A stretch of DNA of 64,000 nt from Eledone cirrhosa (Eukaryota). The translations under genes were made by a program, and so were the position numbers. The stretch's first letter is position 1; each line of letters begins with the position of its first letter. The stretch spans positions 338,644,001-338,708,000 of the forward strand of contig OZ024742.1 in the NCBI GenBank assembly GCA_964016885.1, in the 5' to 3' direction. Shown here one piece after another: positions 1 to 14,069 of the stretch. The notes under the pieces are model-generated. The model was not told the DNA's origin. It did no database searches and was given only the letters and a program-made list of their open reading frames with translations.

Positions 1-39
1 CAAGATGATATTTACCAAAAAGAAGAACAAGTCAACATC

Positions 40-328
40 ATTGGATACCATCAGGGTTGCAGGTGTTATATCAGAGTTTTCCTTCTCCTAGAATTCTGCC
101 TTGACAAAGGCTAAGGGGTCATCTCTCCCGGTGATTTTGGATGGCCATTGACTCTTAAGAGCTCCTTTGCCCTTTGACAGGTTTTGTTTTTAGTCCTGCA
201 GGATGTCCAAAGTCACCCTCCTCACCAAGAAACCTTGGTGGGGTTGCCAGTTTAGTCGCCAACGACCCGACCATGAGACAGGTTGTACTGGGATACATGT
301 TACCAGTAGCACCAACTGGTGACCTGAC
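40..328 (-). mobile_element. Possible RTE-type LINE/SINE 5'UTR fragment adjoining (CATA)n
   Basis: TCAGAGTTTTCCTTCTCCTAG at 71-91 is the reverse complement of CTAGGAGAAGGAAAACTCTGA, which I recall from RTE 5'UTRs. No coding support. Confidence 0.3.
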
Positions 329-347
329 ACATACATACATACATACA

Positions 348-379
<32 letters not shown>

Positions 380-614
380 CAGTCAACGCGATCAGTCGCA
401 TATTTTGGCGTGGGAGACTATTTATTAAATTTAAGATGAATACTATCTCCGACAGTGATGCCACAACTACAGTCAGGTTGAATAACTGGTTATTCTTCTA
501 ACTATATCTTCTGAAGACACCTTTTATTCGAATTCGTAGAGATATCCGACTAAATACATAATTCATTTTACAAGGATTTGCTACATACAGCATGGCTGAA
601 CACAACATCAACAA

Positions 615-1009
615 CAAAATTATGGAAGTACCGAAGACGCACCGGAAACTTCCACATCAACAGTGACATAGACCGTCTTTACTTGAAACGTAAGCAGGGA
701 GGCAGAGGCCTAACATCAGTCCAGACAACATTTGAATGTCGCATCATATCTCTCCGACAACATATACGAACCTCGAAGCGTAGGAGCCCGTTTCTCGAGC
801 AAGTCTATCGGCATGAAACAGATAAGATCATGAGAGTTGGGAAGGAACTCCTCGAGAGATATTCCCTGTGTGATAATCAAAAACTCACACCCAGGGAAGT
901 CGCTCAGCAGCATCGCAGTGAATCCATGAATGAAAAACTGCATACTTATCAGCAAAAAATCAAGCATGGATATGTTGCCAGGAAGCTCCAGAGTGAGAGT
1001 AATGTAGGT
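615..1009 (+). pseudogene. R4/Dong-like non-LTR retrotransposon RT-thumb fragment
   Basis: ORF 578..1015 contains GNFHINSDIDRLYLKRKQGGRGLTSV and KIKHG, typical of the region after the RT core in RLE-type LINEs. It is cut off by the minisatellite. Confidence 0.75.
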
Positions 1010-2812
1010 AAGTAATAGACCCCACAGTACCACACCTAGCCCCAGTAATAGACCCCACAGTAGCACACCTAGATCCAGTAATAGACCCCACAGTAGCACA
1101 CCTAGCTCCAGTAATAGACCCCACAGTACCACACCTAGCTCCAGTAATAGACCCTACAGTACCACACCTAGCTCCAATAATAGACCCCACAGTAGCACAC
1201 CTAGCTCCAGTAATAGACCCCACAGTAGCACACCTAGCTCCAGTAATAGACCCCACAGTACCACACCTAGCTCCAGTAATAGACCCCACAGTAGCACACC
1301 TAGCCCCAGTAATAGACCCCACAGTAGCACACCTAGCTCCGGTAATAGACCCCACAGTACCACACCTAGCTCCAGTAATAGACCCCACAGTAGCACACCT
1401 AGCTCCAGTAATAGACCCTACAGTACCACACCTAGCTCCAATAATAGACCCCACAGTACCACACCTAGCTCCAATAATAGACCCTACAGTACCACACCTA
1501 GCTCCAGTAATAGACCCCACAGTACCACACCTAGCTCCAATAATAGACCCCACAGTACCACACCTAGCTCCAGTAATAGACCCTACAGTACCACACCTAG
1601 CTCCAATAATAGACCCCACAGTACCACACCTAGCTCCAATAATAGACCCCACAGTACCACACCTAGCTCCAGTAATAGACCCCACAGTAGCACACCTAGC
1701 TCCGGTAATAGACCCCACAGTACCACACCTAGCTCCAATAATAGACCCTACAGTACCACACCTAGCTCCAGTAATAGACCCCACAGTAGCACACCTAGCT
1801 CCAATAATAGACCCCACAGTACCACACCTAGCTCCAGTAATAGACCCTACAGTACCACACCTAGCTCCAGTAATAGACCCCACAGTAGCACACCTAGCTC
1901 CAATAATAGACCCCACAGTACCACACCTAGCTCCAATAATAGACCCCACAGTACCACACCTAGCTCCAATAATAGACCCTACAGTACCACACCTAGCTCC
2001 AGTAATAGACCCCACAGTACCACACCTAGCTCCAGTAATAGACCCCACAGTAGCACACCTAGCCCCAGTAATAGACCCCACAGTAGCACACCTAGCTCCG
2101 GTAATAGACCCCACAATACCACACCTAGCTCCAGTAATAGACCCCACAGTAGCACACCTAGCTCCAGTAATAGACCCTACAGTACCACACCTAGCTCCGG
2201 TAATAGACCCCACAGTACCACACCTAGCCCCGGTAATAGACCCCACAGTACCACACCTAGCCCCGGTAATAGACCCCACAGTACCACACCTAGCTCCAGT
2301 AATAGACCCCACAGTAGCACACCTAGCCCCAGTAATAGACCCCACAGTAGCACACCTAGCTCCAGTAATAGACCCCACAGTACCACACCTAGCTCCAGTA
2401 ATAGACCCTACAGTACCACACCTAGCTCCGGTAATAGACCCCACAGTAGCACACCTAGCTCCGGTAATAGACCCCACAGTACCACACCTAGCCCCGGTAA
2501 TAGACCCCACAGTAGCACACCTAGCTCCAGTAATAGACCCCACAGTAGCACACCTAGCCCCAGTAATAGACCCCACAGTAGCACACCTAGCCCCAGTAAT
2601 AGACCCCACAGTAGCACACCTAGCTCCAGTAATAGACCCCACAGTAGCACACCTAGCTCCAGTAATAGACCCTACAGTAGCACACCTAGCTCCAGTAATA
2701 GACCCTACAGTACCACACCTAGCCCCAGTATAAGACCCCACAGTACCACACCTAGCTCCAGTTATAGACCCCACAGTACTACACCTAGCTCCGGTAATAG
2801 ACCCCACAGTAC
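1010..2812. repeat. 33-bp minisatellite, about 55 copies
   Basis: Unit AGTAATAGACCCCACAGTA(C/G)CACACCTAGCTCC; gives the 11-aa periodicity of ORF 960..2807. Confidence 0.97.
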
Positions 2813-3036
2813 CATGCCTGTAGAGGTGGGGTGGGGGGGGGGCTCAGCCATGTTTAAAAAAAAAAACTTTAAATATAAGTTCAAATATTTGGCCCAAATA
2901 TTATACTTTCCCCTTCACAGGGCAAAGTCCAAGGGCTTATATCCCTTACACAACGAGAACATTTTAACAACAAATAATTATAACAGGTAAATAAAGAGAC
3001 TTACGAGAGCGAGCAAAAAGCCGTCCGAACAGACCA

Positions 3037-5832
3037 ATAATAATAATAGTAATAATGTTTTCTTTATTAACCACAAGGGTTGACATAAAGTATAACATTA
3101 AGGACAGCACAGGGCGTTACAGAAAGGTACGAATGGGCATTTCTGCGTGTAAAGTAAAACACACAGAAAATGACAAAAAAGAAACAAAGGAAAATTCCCC
3201 AATACGTGGAGACCTCCGAAGAAAATTCGTGGAGAAAACCCACTAAAAAAGCCACAGTGATCGTGACCACCCTCTCCCAGTTTTCCAGCTTCAATTTACA
3301 GGCGCATACTCAGAGCAGGCCCATTCACTCGGGCCATGCTTGCCTCTCTCACCCATTTTTCAACAAAATTCTGGGAAGAGAGCACTTCCCTCTTCACTCT
3401 GATTTTCCTTTTCAAATGAAATTGGAAAAAGTTAATCAGGGCATCACCGAAGAGGTAAGTGCTCGTCTTCAGTCCTTTCAAACGTGTCCACCATACTATC
3501 TCTTTCGCCATGGCCACCAGGCAGATAAAAATTGCCTGCCCTTCCTGGCTAAAGGAAGACGGAGGGGAAATCCTCATGATAGACTCAGCTGATAGCCGAA
3601 TCCGTCCTACACGCGACAGCAGGTGTTTGACATAAACCCACAAGTCAGCAATCCTCGGACACTGGACGAGTGCGTGCAGGACGTTTTCGTCGCCCTGCGC
3701 GCATCTCGAACAGGCCCGACTGACGGCACTTCCATGCCTGTAGAGGTTATCCTGAACTAGCAAAGCTCCCCGGTAGCACTGCTAAGCCAGGGATTTCTGG
3801 AAGTTGTCCACGGGCTCCGGCCCGAAAGTTCTCCCGAAGAGTTTGGCTAGTTAATTTTCGCCGACGCCCAGAGTCTACCCAAGGACGTCATCGCTCTTTC
3901 CCTCCACTAACCCTCTATAGAACGCCAAGGTGGAATTTCCACCGATCGTATTGGTCGAGGGCTGTAAACGCCTGAAGACATTCTAGTCTTCAAGCGCTCC
4001 CTCTCGGTCTTCGCTTGACCCAGGACTGCAGTTCCATCAAGGAGACGAGCTGGGGAAACACGCGTTTAGCAAACGGCGAGGAAGAGGTGGAGATGTTGTA
4101 GCCTAAGCGCGTGTCTGCGCATCATCGGCCACGGCTGCCCAGCCCTCCACGTAGCGGGTGTTGAAAGCAAATGGACCGCTTGACTATCGGAGCGCGTCCC
4201 TTCCACAAAAAGCGAAAGAGCAAATGCTCCAGCGAAGTCAGGCGAGGCTTAGGACAAGGCATGACGGCCAGGCGGTAGTAGATGACGGACGCGATTCACG
4301 CGTTCGCCACCTCCGCTCGACCTTTCTGGGATAGCTTCCTCTAGGCCCATTTCTGGGTGAGAGAAGCCACCTTGCTCGTCACCTCCTCCCAGTTTTTGTC
4401 CGTCTGGAGGTCCGAACCGAACCAGACTCCTAGCAATTTTAACCAGCCCGTCCGTCCAGCACCCGACGACGTTGTTGGACGACATGGACCTGTCTTTCCA
4501 AGTGCCGAGCCGCAGGCACACCGACTTTTTCTGGTTAACCACCGCCTCGTATTATCTTAGTGTAGTACGGATCGCCTCGATGTGTTTGGCAATCGACACC
4601 ACTACGGTGACGTCGTCGGCATATGCTGACACGGTTCCACCACCAGATAACAATGGTCGATCCTATCGAAAGTTTTCGACTGATCTAAGTTGATCAAGGC
4701 CCCTCCCGTTCCAGATTCGTTAGACACGCTTTCCATGATGTATCGCATACGGTGGAGGTTGTCGTGGATGGATCTGTTTGGAATGGCGCATGTTTGCGCC
4801 TCTCTCACCAGACCACCAACAACAAGCGCCAACCTCTTTACTAGCACCTTGGCCAAAATCTTGAACTCTGCGTTTTTCAGAGTTATGGGCCTGAAATTAT
4901 TTATCTTGTCCCCCTTGCTCGGGCCCTTTCTCAGCTGCGCTACTGTTCCTCGGCTCACAGAGCTGGGAATTCTCCCCTTTCTGTTGCAGTAGACGTCCAC
5001 CAAGAGGTCGCCGAACAAGTCTGGCATGTGTACGTAAAGATCGTAGAGCAGACCATCCAAACCATCGTGGAGTCAGCCATTGCTACCCGTAATTCAGCGG
5101 CTGTTATCGGCCTTTCGCAACACTCCGCCGCAGTGGCCGAGAGCCGCGGCTGTCCGTCGAGGTAGGCACTGAAGTCCATTCCGCGATCCGACCCACCACT
5201 ATCCCGGAACAGCTGAGCGAAGTGCCGCTGAAAAGCTGCACATTTTGCTCGGGTTCGAGTAACATGCGCCCGTCGTGGTCCTCCAAAGACCGGATCGTGG
5301 CTTTGTTGTCACGTCGTACCTCCGCCACTAGGGCCTATCGAACGGATTTCGTCCCCTCGTGTCTGAGAGCACGCACCCGAGCTCTGACAACGCAGCCTTC
5401 GTGCTCTGCATTGAAGAATTGGTCGCGAGTCAATTTCGCCGCAAGCACGTCGGTCGCGATGCCTTTACTAAGCGCCTCGTCTAATTTTCTAACTAGTTCT
5501 TCCGCTGCTCTATTTTTCTCTTTTGCTAACGCCTTACTAAACCTAATGGACTTTATTCTAATCGTCCTTTTCAGGGTGACCCACCATTTGTTGTTGACGA
5601 TTGCCCCCGTCAACACCCGCTTAACCAGTTCGCTAATCCGGTCCCTGTAGGCTTTGCGCGCTGTCAACGACGCGTTTAGCTTCCAGTAGCCGGGGCCCTG
5701 TCTATGAAGCCTATCTAAGTCGACCTCACAGATCACGAATTTGTGGTCTGTGTAATCGACGATTTTGAATTGTGGACAACCTATTCTAGAACTATCTATT
5801 TCCTTACAAAATACTCTATCTAGATACGATCA
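3037..5832 (-). mobile_element. 5'-truncated, degenerate Tx1/L1-clade LINE (same family as 30184-42150)
   Basis: Frameshifted ORF2 pieces (PGYWKLN, NFRPITL, LDQSKTFDRIDH, CSRCAQGDENVLHALVQC). The 3'UTR resembles 35852-36094, there is an internal deletion near 4630, and both ends abut TAA repeats. Confidence 0.92.
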
Positions 5833-5842
5833 TAATAATAAT

Positions 5843-5978
5843 GATTTCTAGTATAGGCACAAGGCCAGTAATTTGGGGGAGGGGAAAGTCGATTAAATCG
5901 ACCCCAGTGCGTGATTGGTACTTTATTTTATCGACCCCGTAAGGATGAAAGGCAAAGTTAACCTCGGCGGGATTTGAG
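5843..5978 (-). mobile_element. SINE 3' part (octopus-type, Meta-domain-like)
   Basis: GGCACAAGGCC...TTTTATCGACCCCGTAAGGATGAAAGGCAAAGTTAACCTCGGCGGGATTTGA, repeated at about 12090, 20640 and 59517. Confidence 0.8.
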
Positions 5979-6267
5979 GTTAATTTTGCCTAAATAAATC
6001 AACACAATTTTCAATGTTACGACAGACGCGACTTTGTAACGGAATCTTGTACAAACATGTAACTGCGCATGAAGACGGAGTTCCATGTTTTATGCCGCTC
6101 CACCATGCGGTCTGCACCACCGTGTACACTCTGCGGTTGTGAGCATACCCAGACCATGAAACCCAAGGCAGCACAATACATGTAACGTGCACTAATATTA
6201 CTAAATACTGAATTATCTCCCTTGCATTAGACTGGCCGCTTTTTTCCTTTCCACTGACTTTTTTGCT

Positions 6268-6527
6268 GCATACACATATGTACACACACATACACACACA
6301 CACAGACAGGCACATACACATACACACAGACACATACATATACACACACACACAGACACAGGCACATACACATACACACACACATACACACACATACACA
6401 CACATACACACAAATACACACACAGACACAGACATACACAGACACATACACACAAATACACACACATACACAGACATAGACACAGACAGACACACACACA
6501 CACACACAGACACACACATACACACAA

Positions 6528-6567
<40 letters not shown>

Positions 6568-8002
6568 ACACAGACATACACAGACACATACACACAAATA
6601 CACACATACACAGACACATACACACAAATACACAGACACACACACACATACACAGACACAGACAGACACACACACACACACAGACAGACAGACACACACA
6701 CACACACACACATACATACACACACACACACACACACAAATACACACACATACACAGACACATACACAGACAGACACACATACACATACATACACACACA
6801 CACATACACATACACATACACACACAGACACACACATACATACACATACACATAAACACACATACACACACACACATAGACACAGGCACAGACACAGACA
6901 CACACACATACACACACACATACACAGACACAGGCAGAGACACACATACAGACACACCCACCCACACGCACACACACACACACAGGCACAGACACAGACA
7001 CACGCATACACACCCACATACACATACACACAAATACACAGACACACACACAGACACACACATATACACATACACAGACACATACACACAAATACACACA
7101 CACATACACACAAATACACACACACATACACAGACACACAGAGACAGACACACAGAGACAGACACAACCACACACACATACACATACACAGACACAGACA
7201 GACACACAGACACAGACACATACACACATACAGACACACACACACACACGCACATACACATACACACACATACACACACACAGACAGACATACACACCCA
7301 CATACACATACACATACACACACACAGACAGACACATACACATATACACACACACACAGACAGACACATACACGTACACACACAGAGATACACAGACACA
7401 GACACATACATATACACACACACACAGACACAGGCACAGACACAGACACACACACAGACACACACATATACACACACATACACTTACACACACATACACA
7501 CACATACAGACCGACAGACACACATACACACACACATACACAGACACAGACAGACACACACAGACAGACACAACCACATACACATACACATACACATGCA
7601 CACACACACACACCGACACAGACACAGACACACACACAGGCACACACATATACACACACAGACAGACAGACACACACACATACACATACACACACATGCA
7701 CAGACACATACACACATACACACACACAGGCACACACATATACACACACATACACATACACACCCATACACACACACAGACAGACAGACACACACAGACA
7801 GACAGACACACACAGACAGACACACACACATACACATACACACACACACACACAAACACATACACACACAGACACACACATACACACACACACATACACA
7901 CACATACACACACATACACATACACACACGTACACACACACAGACAGACAGGCACACACACATACACAGACACAGACACAGACAGACACACACATACATA
8001 CC

Positions 8003-8034
<32 letters not shown>

Positions 8035-8252
8035 AACACATGCACATACACACACGCATACGCACACATACACTCACGCATACACATACACACACATACA
8101 CACACACAGAAAGCCAGACACACACACATACACACACACATACACAGACACAGACAGGCACACACAGACAGACACACCCACATACACATACACACACACA
8201 CACATACACATACACACATACAGAAACACACATATACACACATACACATACA

Positions 8253-8283
<31 letters not shown>

Positions 8284-8379
8284 GCAGACACAGACACACA
8301 CACACACACAAACACAGACAGATAGACAGACACACACACACATACACACACATACACATATACACACACACAGACTCAG

Positions 8380-8410
<31 letters not shown>

Positions 8411-8518
8411 GACAGACATACACACACACACACACAGACAGACATACACACACAGACATACACAGACACAGACACACACACAGACACACATACGCACACA
8501 CACACACACACACACATA
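6268..8518. repeat. Compound (CA)/(CATA)/(CAGA) microsatellite, about 2.2 kb
   Basis: Directly visible in the sequence. Confidence 0.97.
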
Positions 8519-8695
8519 TGTATATACACGTATAAATGTATGTATATATGGCTGACTAAATACACACGCTTTCTTCCTGTAAAAGATGATTCTTTTCCGC
8601 TTCATCCTCATCTTACTCTCGTCTATCTCTCTATCTCTCATTCTATGTTCCGATGAAGGACTAACATATGAAACATTAATTCTATATGAATAATT

Positions 8696-8760
<65 letters not shown>

Positions 8761-8762
<2 letters not shown>

Positions 8763-9306
8763 CATAAAACATGTCTATAGAATCACCAGATAAAATATAT
8801 ACCGTTTCCTCTCCCAATTAGCATAATTAACTATATAAAAAATCGATTAGACCAAGCTATAAGAATAAAGGCTTCTATGAAGAAATCTCCGACAAATAAC
8901 CGAACGCAGCCCTTCGCGGCGGTTGCGACGGAATATTTATCGAGTATTTCGACAGTGTGTATAAATCGACCAGATATACAGTCAACCAAACAGAATTAGG
9001 TGTAAAATAAACTAGGAGAAAAGTGAACATATTTAGTTACCTCTACCATGATTTCGTCCGCGTTTTAAGATATCCGATAACATTGGACATCTGGAGCACC
9101 GGACTCTTCAGGAGTTAGACAATTAATTTTCCAAAGTGATCGCGCCAAGAATACATTCAAAAATGGCTAAGAATTGTGACGTAGCAGCGGTCAAGTTAGA
9201 AAGAATGTTATTAGTTGCTTACGGCTGGTGGTCTTTTGCTAGAAAGCGCAGCTCAATACAGCCAAAATTGTATCTCAACCTAACGGGAGATTATTACATA
9301 TAAAGG

Positions 9307-9310
<4 letters not shown>
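8761..9310 (-). mobile_element. Penelope pLTR-like noncoding element (inverted copy of 9491-9925)
   Basis: About 430 bp is the reverse complement of 9491-9925; carries a hammerhead motif; flanked by (TA)n/(CA)n. Confidence 0.65.
9041..9114 (-). ncRNA. Minimal type I hammerhead ribozyme motif
   Basis: Mirror copy of 9569-9642. Confidence 0.7.
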
Positions 9311-9400
<90 letters not shown>

Positions 9401-9401
<1 letters not shown>

Positions 9402-9984
9402 GCGTTTAGCAACGGGTCACTTTGTGGCTCAATGAAGAGTTAATAAATTAAATAATCAGAGCTATATATAATAAAACATGTCTATAGAATCACCGCTGCT
9501 ACGTCACGATTCTTAGCCATTTTTGAATGTATTCTTGGCGCGATCACTTTGGAAAATTAATTGTCTAACTCCTGAAGAGTCCGGTGCTCCAGATGTCCAA
9601 TGTTATCGGATATCTTAAAACGCGGACGAAATCATGGTAGAGGTAACTAAATATGTTCACTTTTCTCCTAGTTTATTTTACACCTAATTCTGTTTAGTTG
9701 ACTGTATATCTGGTCGATTTATACACGCTGTCGAAATACTCGATAAATACTCCGTCGCAAACGCCGCGAAGGGCTGCTTTCGGTTATTTGTCGGAGATTT
9801 CTTCATAGAAGCCTTTATTCTTATAGCTTGGTCTAATCGATTTTTTATATAGTTAATTATGGTAATTGGGAGAGGAAGTGGTATATATTTTATCTGGTGA
9901 TTTTATAGACATGTTTTATCATATATAGCTCTGATTATTTAATTTATTAACTCTTCATTGAGCCACAAAGTGACCCGTTGCAAA

Positions 9985-9990
<6 letters not shown>
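9401..9990 (+). mobile_element. Fold-back pLTR-like element (short inverted 3' end plus longer direct arm)
   Basis: 9405-9494 is the reverse complement of about 9895-9985; the junction has ACC microhomology; embedded in TA/CA repeats. Confidence 0.7.
9569..9642 (+). ncRNA. Minimal type I hammerhead ribozyme motif
   Basis: CTC-CTGAAGA-GTCCG..loop..CGGAC-GAAA-T-CATG-GTA-GAG: all core boxes present, palindromic loop III, GUA site. Confidence 0.75.
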
Positions 9991-10065
<75 letters not shown>

Positions 10066-10069
<4 letters not shown>

Positions 10070-10246
10070 AACCAGTAAGACCCCGACAGCTGAGCTCAAG
10101 CCGTTTCGACGGCTAATTCTGGACGTCGAAACGGCTTGAGCTCAGCTGTCGGGGTCTTACTGGTTCCTATTACCCACTCTACTACCTCAAGTATTGAGTA
10201 CTTTGGTGCGTTATGGTCCACCTGGTTTCTTACCACATTTTCTTCG

Positions 10247-10248
<2 letters not shown>
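10066..10248 (+). mobile_element. Short fold-back element in (TA)n, family F1
   Basis: Arms about 10066-10113 and 10125-10170; related copies at 22720, 43298 and 48213. Confidence 0.7.
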
Positions 10249-10310
<62 letters not shown>

Positions 10311-10312
10311 CT

Positions 10313-10486
<174 letters not shown>

Positions 10487-10530
10487 TAGTATATATAGTA
10501 TATATATATTGAAGCAAACTTCAATGCTCT

Positions 10531-10581
<51 letters not shown>

Positions 10582-10585
<4 letters not shown>

Positions 10586-10826
10586 GTAGAACACTGGAAG
10601 GTAATATCCGTAGTGGTAGAGCACTCAGTCCATGGGACGAGTTAGGTAGAAGTGGTTCCACAACAGTTAGTTCACCATACCGAGAACAATTGTTTCACCT
10701 TAGCGGATCTTCAGCTCGTAAAATTTACGAGCTGAAGATCCGCTAAGGTGAAACAATTGTTTCTACCTAACTCGTCCCATGGACTGAGTGCTCTACCACT
10801 ACGGATATTACCTTCCAGTGTTCTAC

Positions 10827-10831
<5 letters not shown>
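10582..10831. mobile_element. Fold-back element in (TA)n with hammerhead
   Basis: Palindrome centred near 10722; one arm carries a deletion. Confidence 0.7.
10681..10718 (-). ncRNA. Minimal hammerhead ribozyme motif
   Basis: Minus strand reads CGAG-CTGAAGA-TCCGCTAAGGT-GAAA-C-AATT-GTT-CTCG. Confidence 0.7.
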
Positions 10832-10897
<66 letters not shown>

Positions 10898-10935
10898 AGA
10901 GCATTGAAGTTTGCTTCAATATATATATACTATAT

Positions 10936-11067
<132 letters not shown>

Positions 11068-11251
11068 TTAATTAGAAAGTGAACAACAAAATATAACTAC
11101 TCCATTACCAAAGGTTTCTGGATCACAGACGATAACAATATACGTCTGGATCGGCGTAGTTATATTTTGTGTTGTTTACTTTCTAATTAAATAGTTCTGT
11201 TCTATACACAGAGCACTCTTTTTTCCTTCTGAATTACCTAACACACACAGA

Positions 11252-11317
<66 letters not shown>

Positions 11318-11823
11318 GAGAGAAAATTATTGCCGACAATCAAATAATCGTAGAGCGTTATTTTACCTGGAAGTTTTCTCATGTAAAAATTTAAACAATA
11401 AAAAAATAACTAATAATTTCAATTAATTAACCTCATATCGAAGAATTACATGACAAAAATAATCGATTTCTCTTTAATATGAATAGAAATGATGAGAGAA
11501 ATTAATGAACTCTCAAATTTTCGATGTTAATAAAATCTATAATGAAACAAAAATCAAAAGATATTTTAACTGGAATTTTTTATTTATTTCTGAGGCGATA
11601 ATTTGAAATAGTCTCAGAAAATTAAATGAAAAGAAAATTGCGAATTAATTTGACTTAGAAGGAATAAACACACATAACCACTCCTCCCTCTCCCCTCTCT
11701 CTCTCTCTCTCTTTCTCTCTCCTCTATATCCTCTCGCCCTCTCTCTCTCAGACACACACACACAAATATATATATATATATATATCAAGTCAGAATATTT
11801 TCGAAACAGCGAGTTTATTTGAA

Positions 11824-12053
11824 ATTATTAGAAATGTTAGCTATCGCCGTATTTTGACTAAAGCAATTAAAGAAATTATTTAGCCTGATAGTGGGGTTAA
11901 GAACCCTCGGAGAAATGGAAAAAGATGAGTATTGACGTACATATACGTCAATACCCATCTTTTTCCATTTCTCCGAGGGTTCTTAACCCCACTATCAGGC
12001 TAAATAATTTCTTTAATTGCTTTAGTCAAAATACGGCGATAGCTAACATTTCT

Positions 12054-12059
<6 letters not shown>
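11824..12059. repeat. Near-perfect hairpin with arms of about 115 bp beside (TA)n
   Basis: 11824-11939 is the reverse complement of 11944-12059, with one mismatch seen. Confidence 0.9.
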
Positions 12060-12087
<28 letters not shown>

Positions 12088-12089
<2 letters not shown>

Positions 12090-12268
12090 GTTTCTACTTT
12101 AGGCACAAGGCCAGCAATTACCCAGTGCATTGGTACTTTATTTTATCGACCCCGTAAGGATGAAAGGCAAAGTCAACCTCGGCGGGATTTGAACTCAGAT
12201 CGTAAAGGGACGTAACTATGCTGGAAAGCATGGCGTCCGACCCTCTACCGATACTGCCAATCCACCAA
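12088..12268 (-). mobile_element. tRNA-derived SINE (octopus-type)
   Basis: Same core as 5843; GATTTGAACTC is the reverse complement of a B box. Confidence 0.8.
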
Positions 12269-12440
12269 TGACAATCATTGGCAAACGAGGATGTAGTTTA
12301 TGGAACACCCAAATGATTTAGAAGCCGACCTTAAGTAGGAGCAATAACATAAAGAAAGACATGACCGACACCACATCATTTTGTTTTGAACATTTTGAAA
12401 ATAGGTTTATAAGTATGAATTTTCAGTAGCTTTCGTAGTT

Positions 12441-12513
12441 GTCTCTGTGGTCTAGCGGTAGTTACTAGAGACGGTGGAGATCCTGACCTGGGGTTCAAAC
12501 CGGGTCGAGAGGT
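12441..12513 (+). ncRNA. tRNA-like (His-like?) Pol III unit
   Basis: A box TGGTCTAGCGG, B box GGTTCAAACC, GTG at the anticodon-equivalent position, T-runs at 12524-12538. The cloverleaf is imperfect. Confidence 0.45.
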
Positions 12514-12585
12514 ACATCTAATATTTTTCAGTTTTTTTATCTTACATCCTATAGGAAAAAACTGAAAAGGTTTATCGGGAACACT

Positions 12586-12657
12586 ACTGCCGACCAGGAT
12601 CGAACTTCACACCAGGAACACCACGGTCTACGATTTCTCGAACTAGGCCACCAAGAC
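12586..12657 (-). ncRNA. tRNA-like Pol III unit, inverted partner
   Basis: Minus strand has an A-box-like TGGCCTAGTTCG, B box AGTTCGATCC, GACCGTGG and downstream T-runs. Confidence 0.4.
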
Positions 12658-12866
12658 AGCTACAAAAGTATCATGAAAATTAATAATTATAAACCGACTT
12701 TCAAAATTAAAGTTAAAAAGTCGTGGTGTCGTTCATGGCTTTCCTAGAGCTATTAGTCATATTTAGGGTCGACTTGTCAATCTTCTGGACCTTTGGTAAC
12801 AATCTTATTATTCCTATGTGTTTAACTGTTGAATTAATTTAATTTGATTATTTTAACAAACAAATA

Positions 12867-12961
<95 letters not shown>

Positions 12962-13551
12962 TATACATATATATTATTTATGTTCATACACAGAACAAAA
13001 GCACTACACGAGGTTTCAAGACCCAATTTTGACCATACCTCCAGATTACAAAAGGGATCAAAATTGTGCCCTATCTTCGAGCGCTTTGTTTAAAGAGCAA
13101 GACCTACATAAAGCATGTTTTAGAGTTGGTTGATTTCCACGAAACTGAAGATGATAATTCACACGTTCGTTCATTAGTTTCTCGTCCATATAGTTCTTCA
13201 TATACAAAAACGAAGGTTTATCACAACTGCATACTTTCATCATATGTCTACAATGATGACTGATCTGTGCCTTCACATCAATAAATATATATATATTTAA
13301 AATATATATATATACATATAAGTTTATCCCGAGTTCAATCGGGGAAACCACAGTAAGTAAGGTACTCAATATAAAGCAGAGTATACATATTTAATATAGA
13401 AAGGCTTCTACAGGACTAGAACTGTTTCATTCGGGAGAAATCATCAAGCTTCCTGATATATATATCTATACGGGTATACACACACAGACACATATATATA
13501 ATATATATATTGTATATATATATATTCTAAAATTTGACACAAACACATATA

Positions 13552-13588
<37 letters not shown>

Positions 13589-13941
13589 TACAAAGAGAGA
13601 AGAGTGAGAGAGAGAGAGTGAAAGAAAGAGATTGAGAGAAAGAGAGGAGAAAGAGAGAAGAGAAAGAGAGAGAGAAAACATTGAGAAGGAAATACAAAAA
13701 TTAATATAAAGTAAAATAGTTTCAAAATGGCTCCCTTATTGACATCAGTTAATCTTTACATTAGTGTATGTGAAATAGGCTGACCTTATCTATAGAATTG
13801 ATGAACATATCAAATACGACCTGGAGCTGTTTCAAGCATGAAACTCATGTAAATAATCTTTTTCTGTCAATTTTCCTGGACACTGCCCCAGAATAAATAT
13901 TTATCTTAAATCTTAAACAATTCAAATAACTTATGCCTGTT

Positions 13942-14057
<116 letters not shown>

Positions 14058-14069
14058 ATATATATATGT

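Noticed and set aside
504-546. Hammerhead-like remnant (ATATCTT-CTGAAGA..CGAATTCGTA-GAGATAT)
   Set aside because: Stem II and the GAAA box are missing, so it is at best a decayed copy.
960-2807. 615-aa repetitive ORF (GSITGARCGTV)n
   Set aside because: It is a by-product of a stop-free 33-bp unit, with no unique coding flanks or splice context.
1010-2812. CRISPR-like appearance of the 33-bp and 28-bp arrays
   Set aside because: Units are head-to-tail with no unique spacers, there are no cas genes, and the context is eukaryotic.
2812-2827. 16-nt match CCATGCCTGTAGAGGT to Tx1 interior at 3732
   Set aside because: One 16-mer match in 64 kb is compatible with chance and has no further support.
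5980-8656. Long Cys/Val- and His/Thr-rich ORFs
   Set aside because: They are translations of (CA)n-type microsatellite; the same applies to the YI and MYVC ORFs elsewhere.
13740-13940. Possible GIY-YIG remnant (similar hints near 20800 and 59970)
   Set aside because: Too degraded to support by eye.
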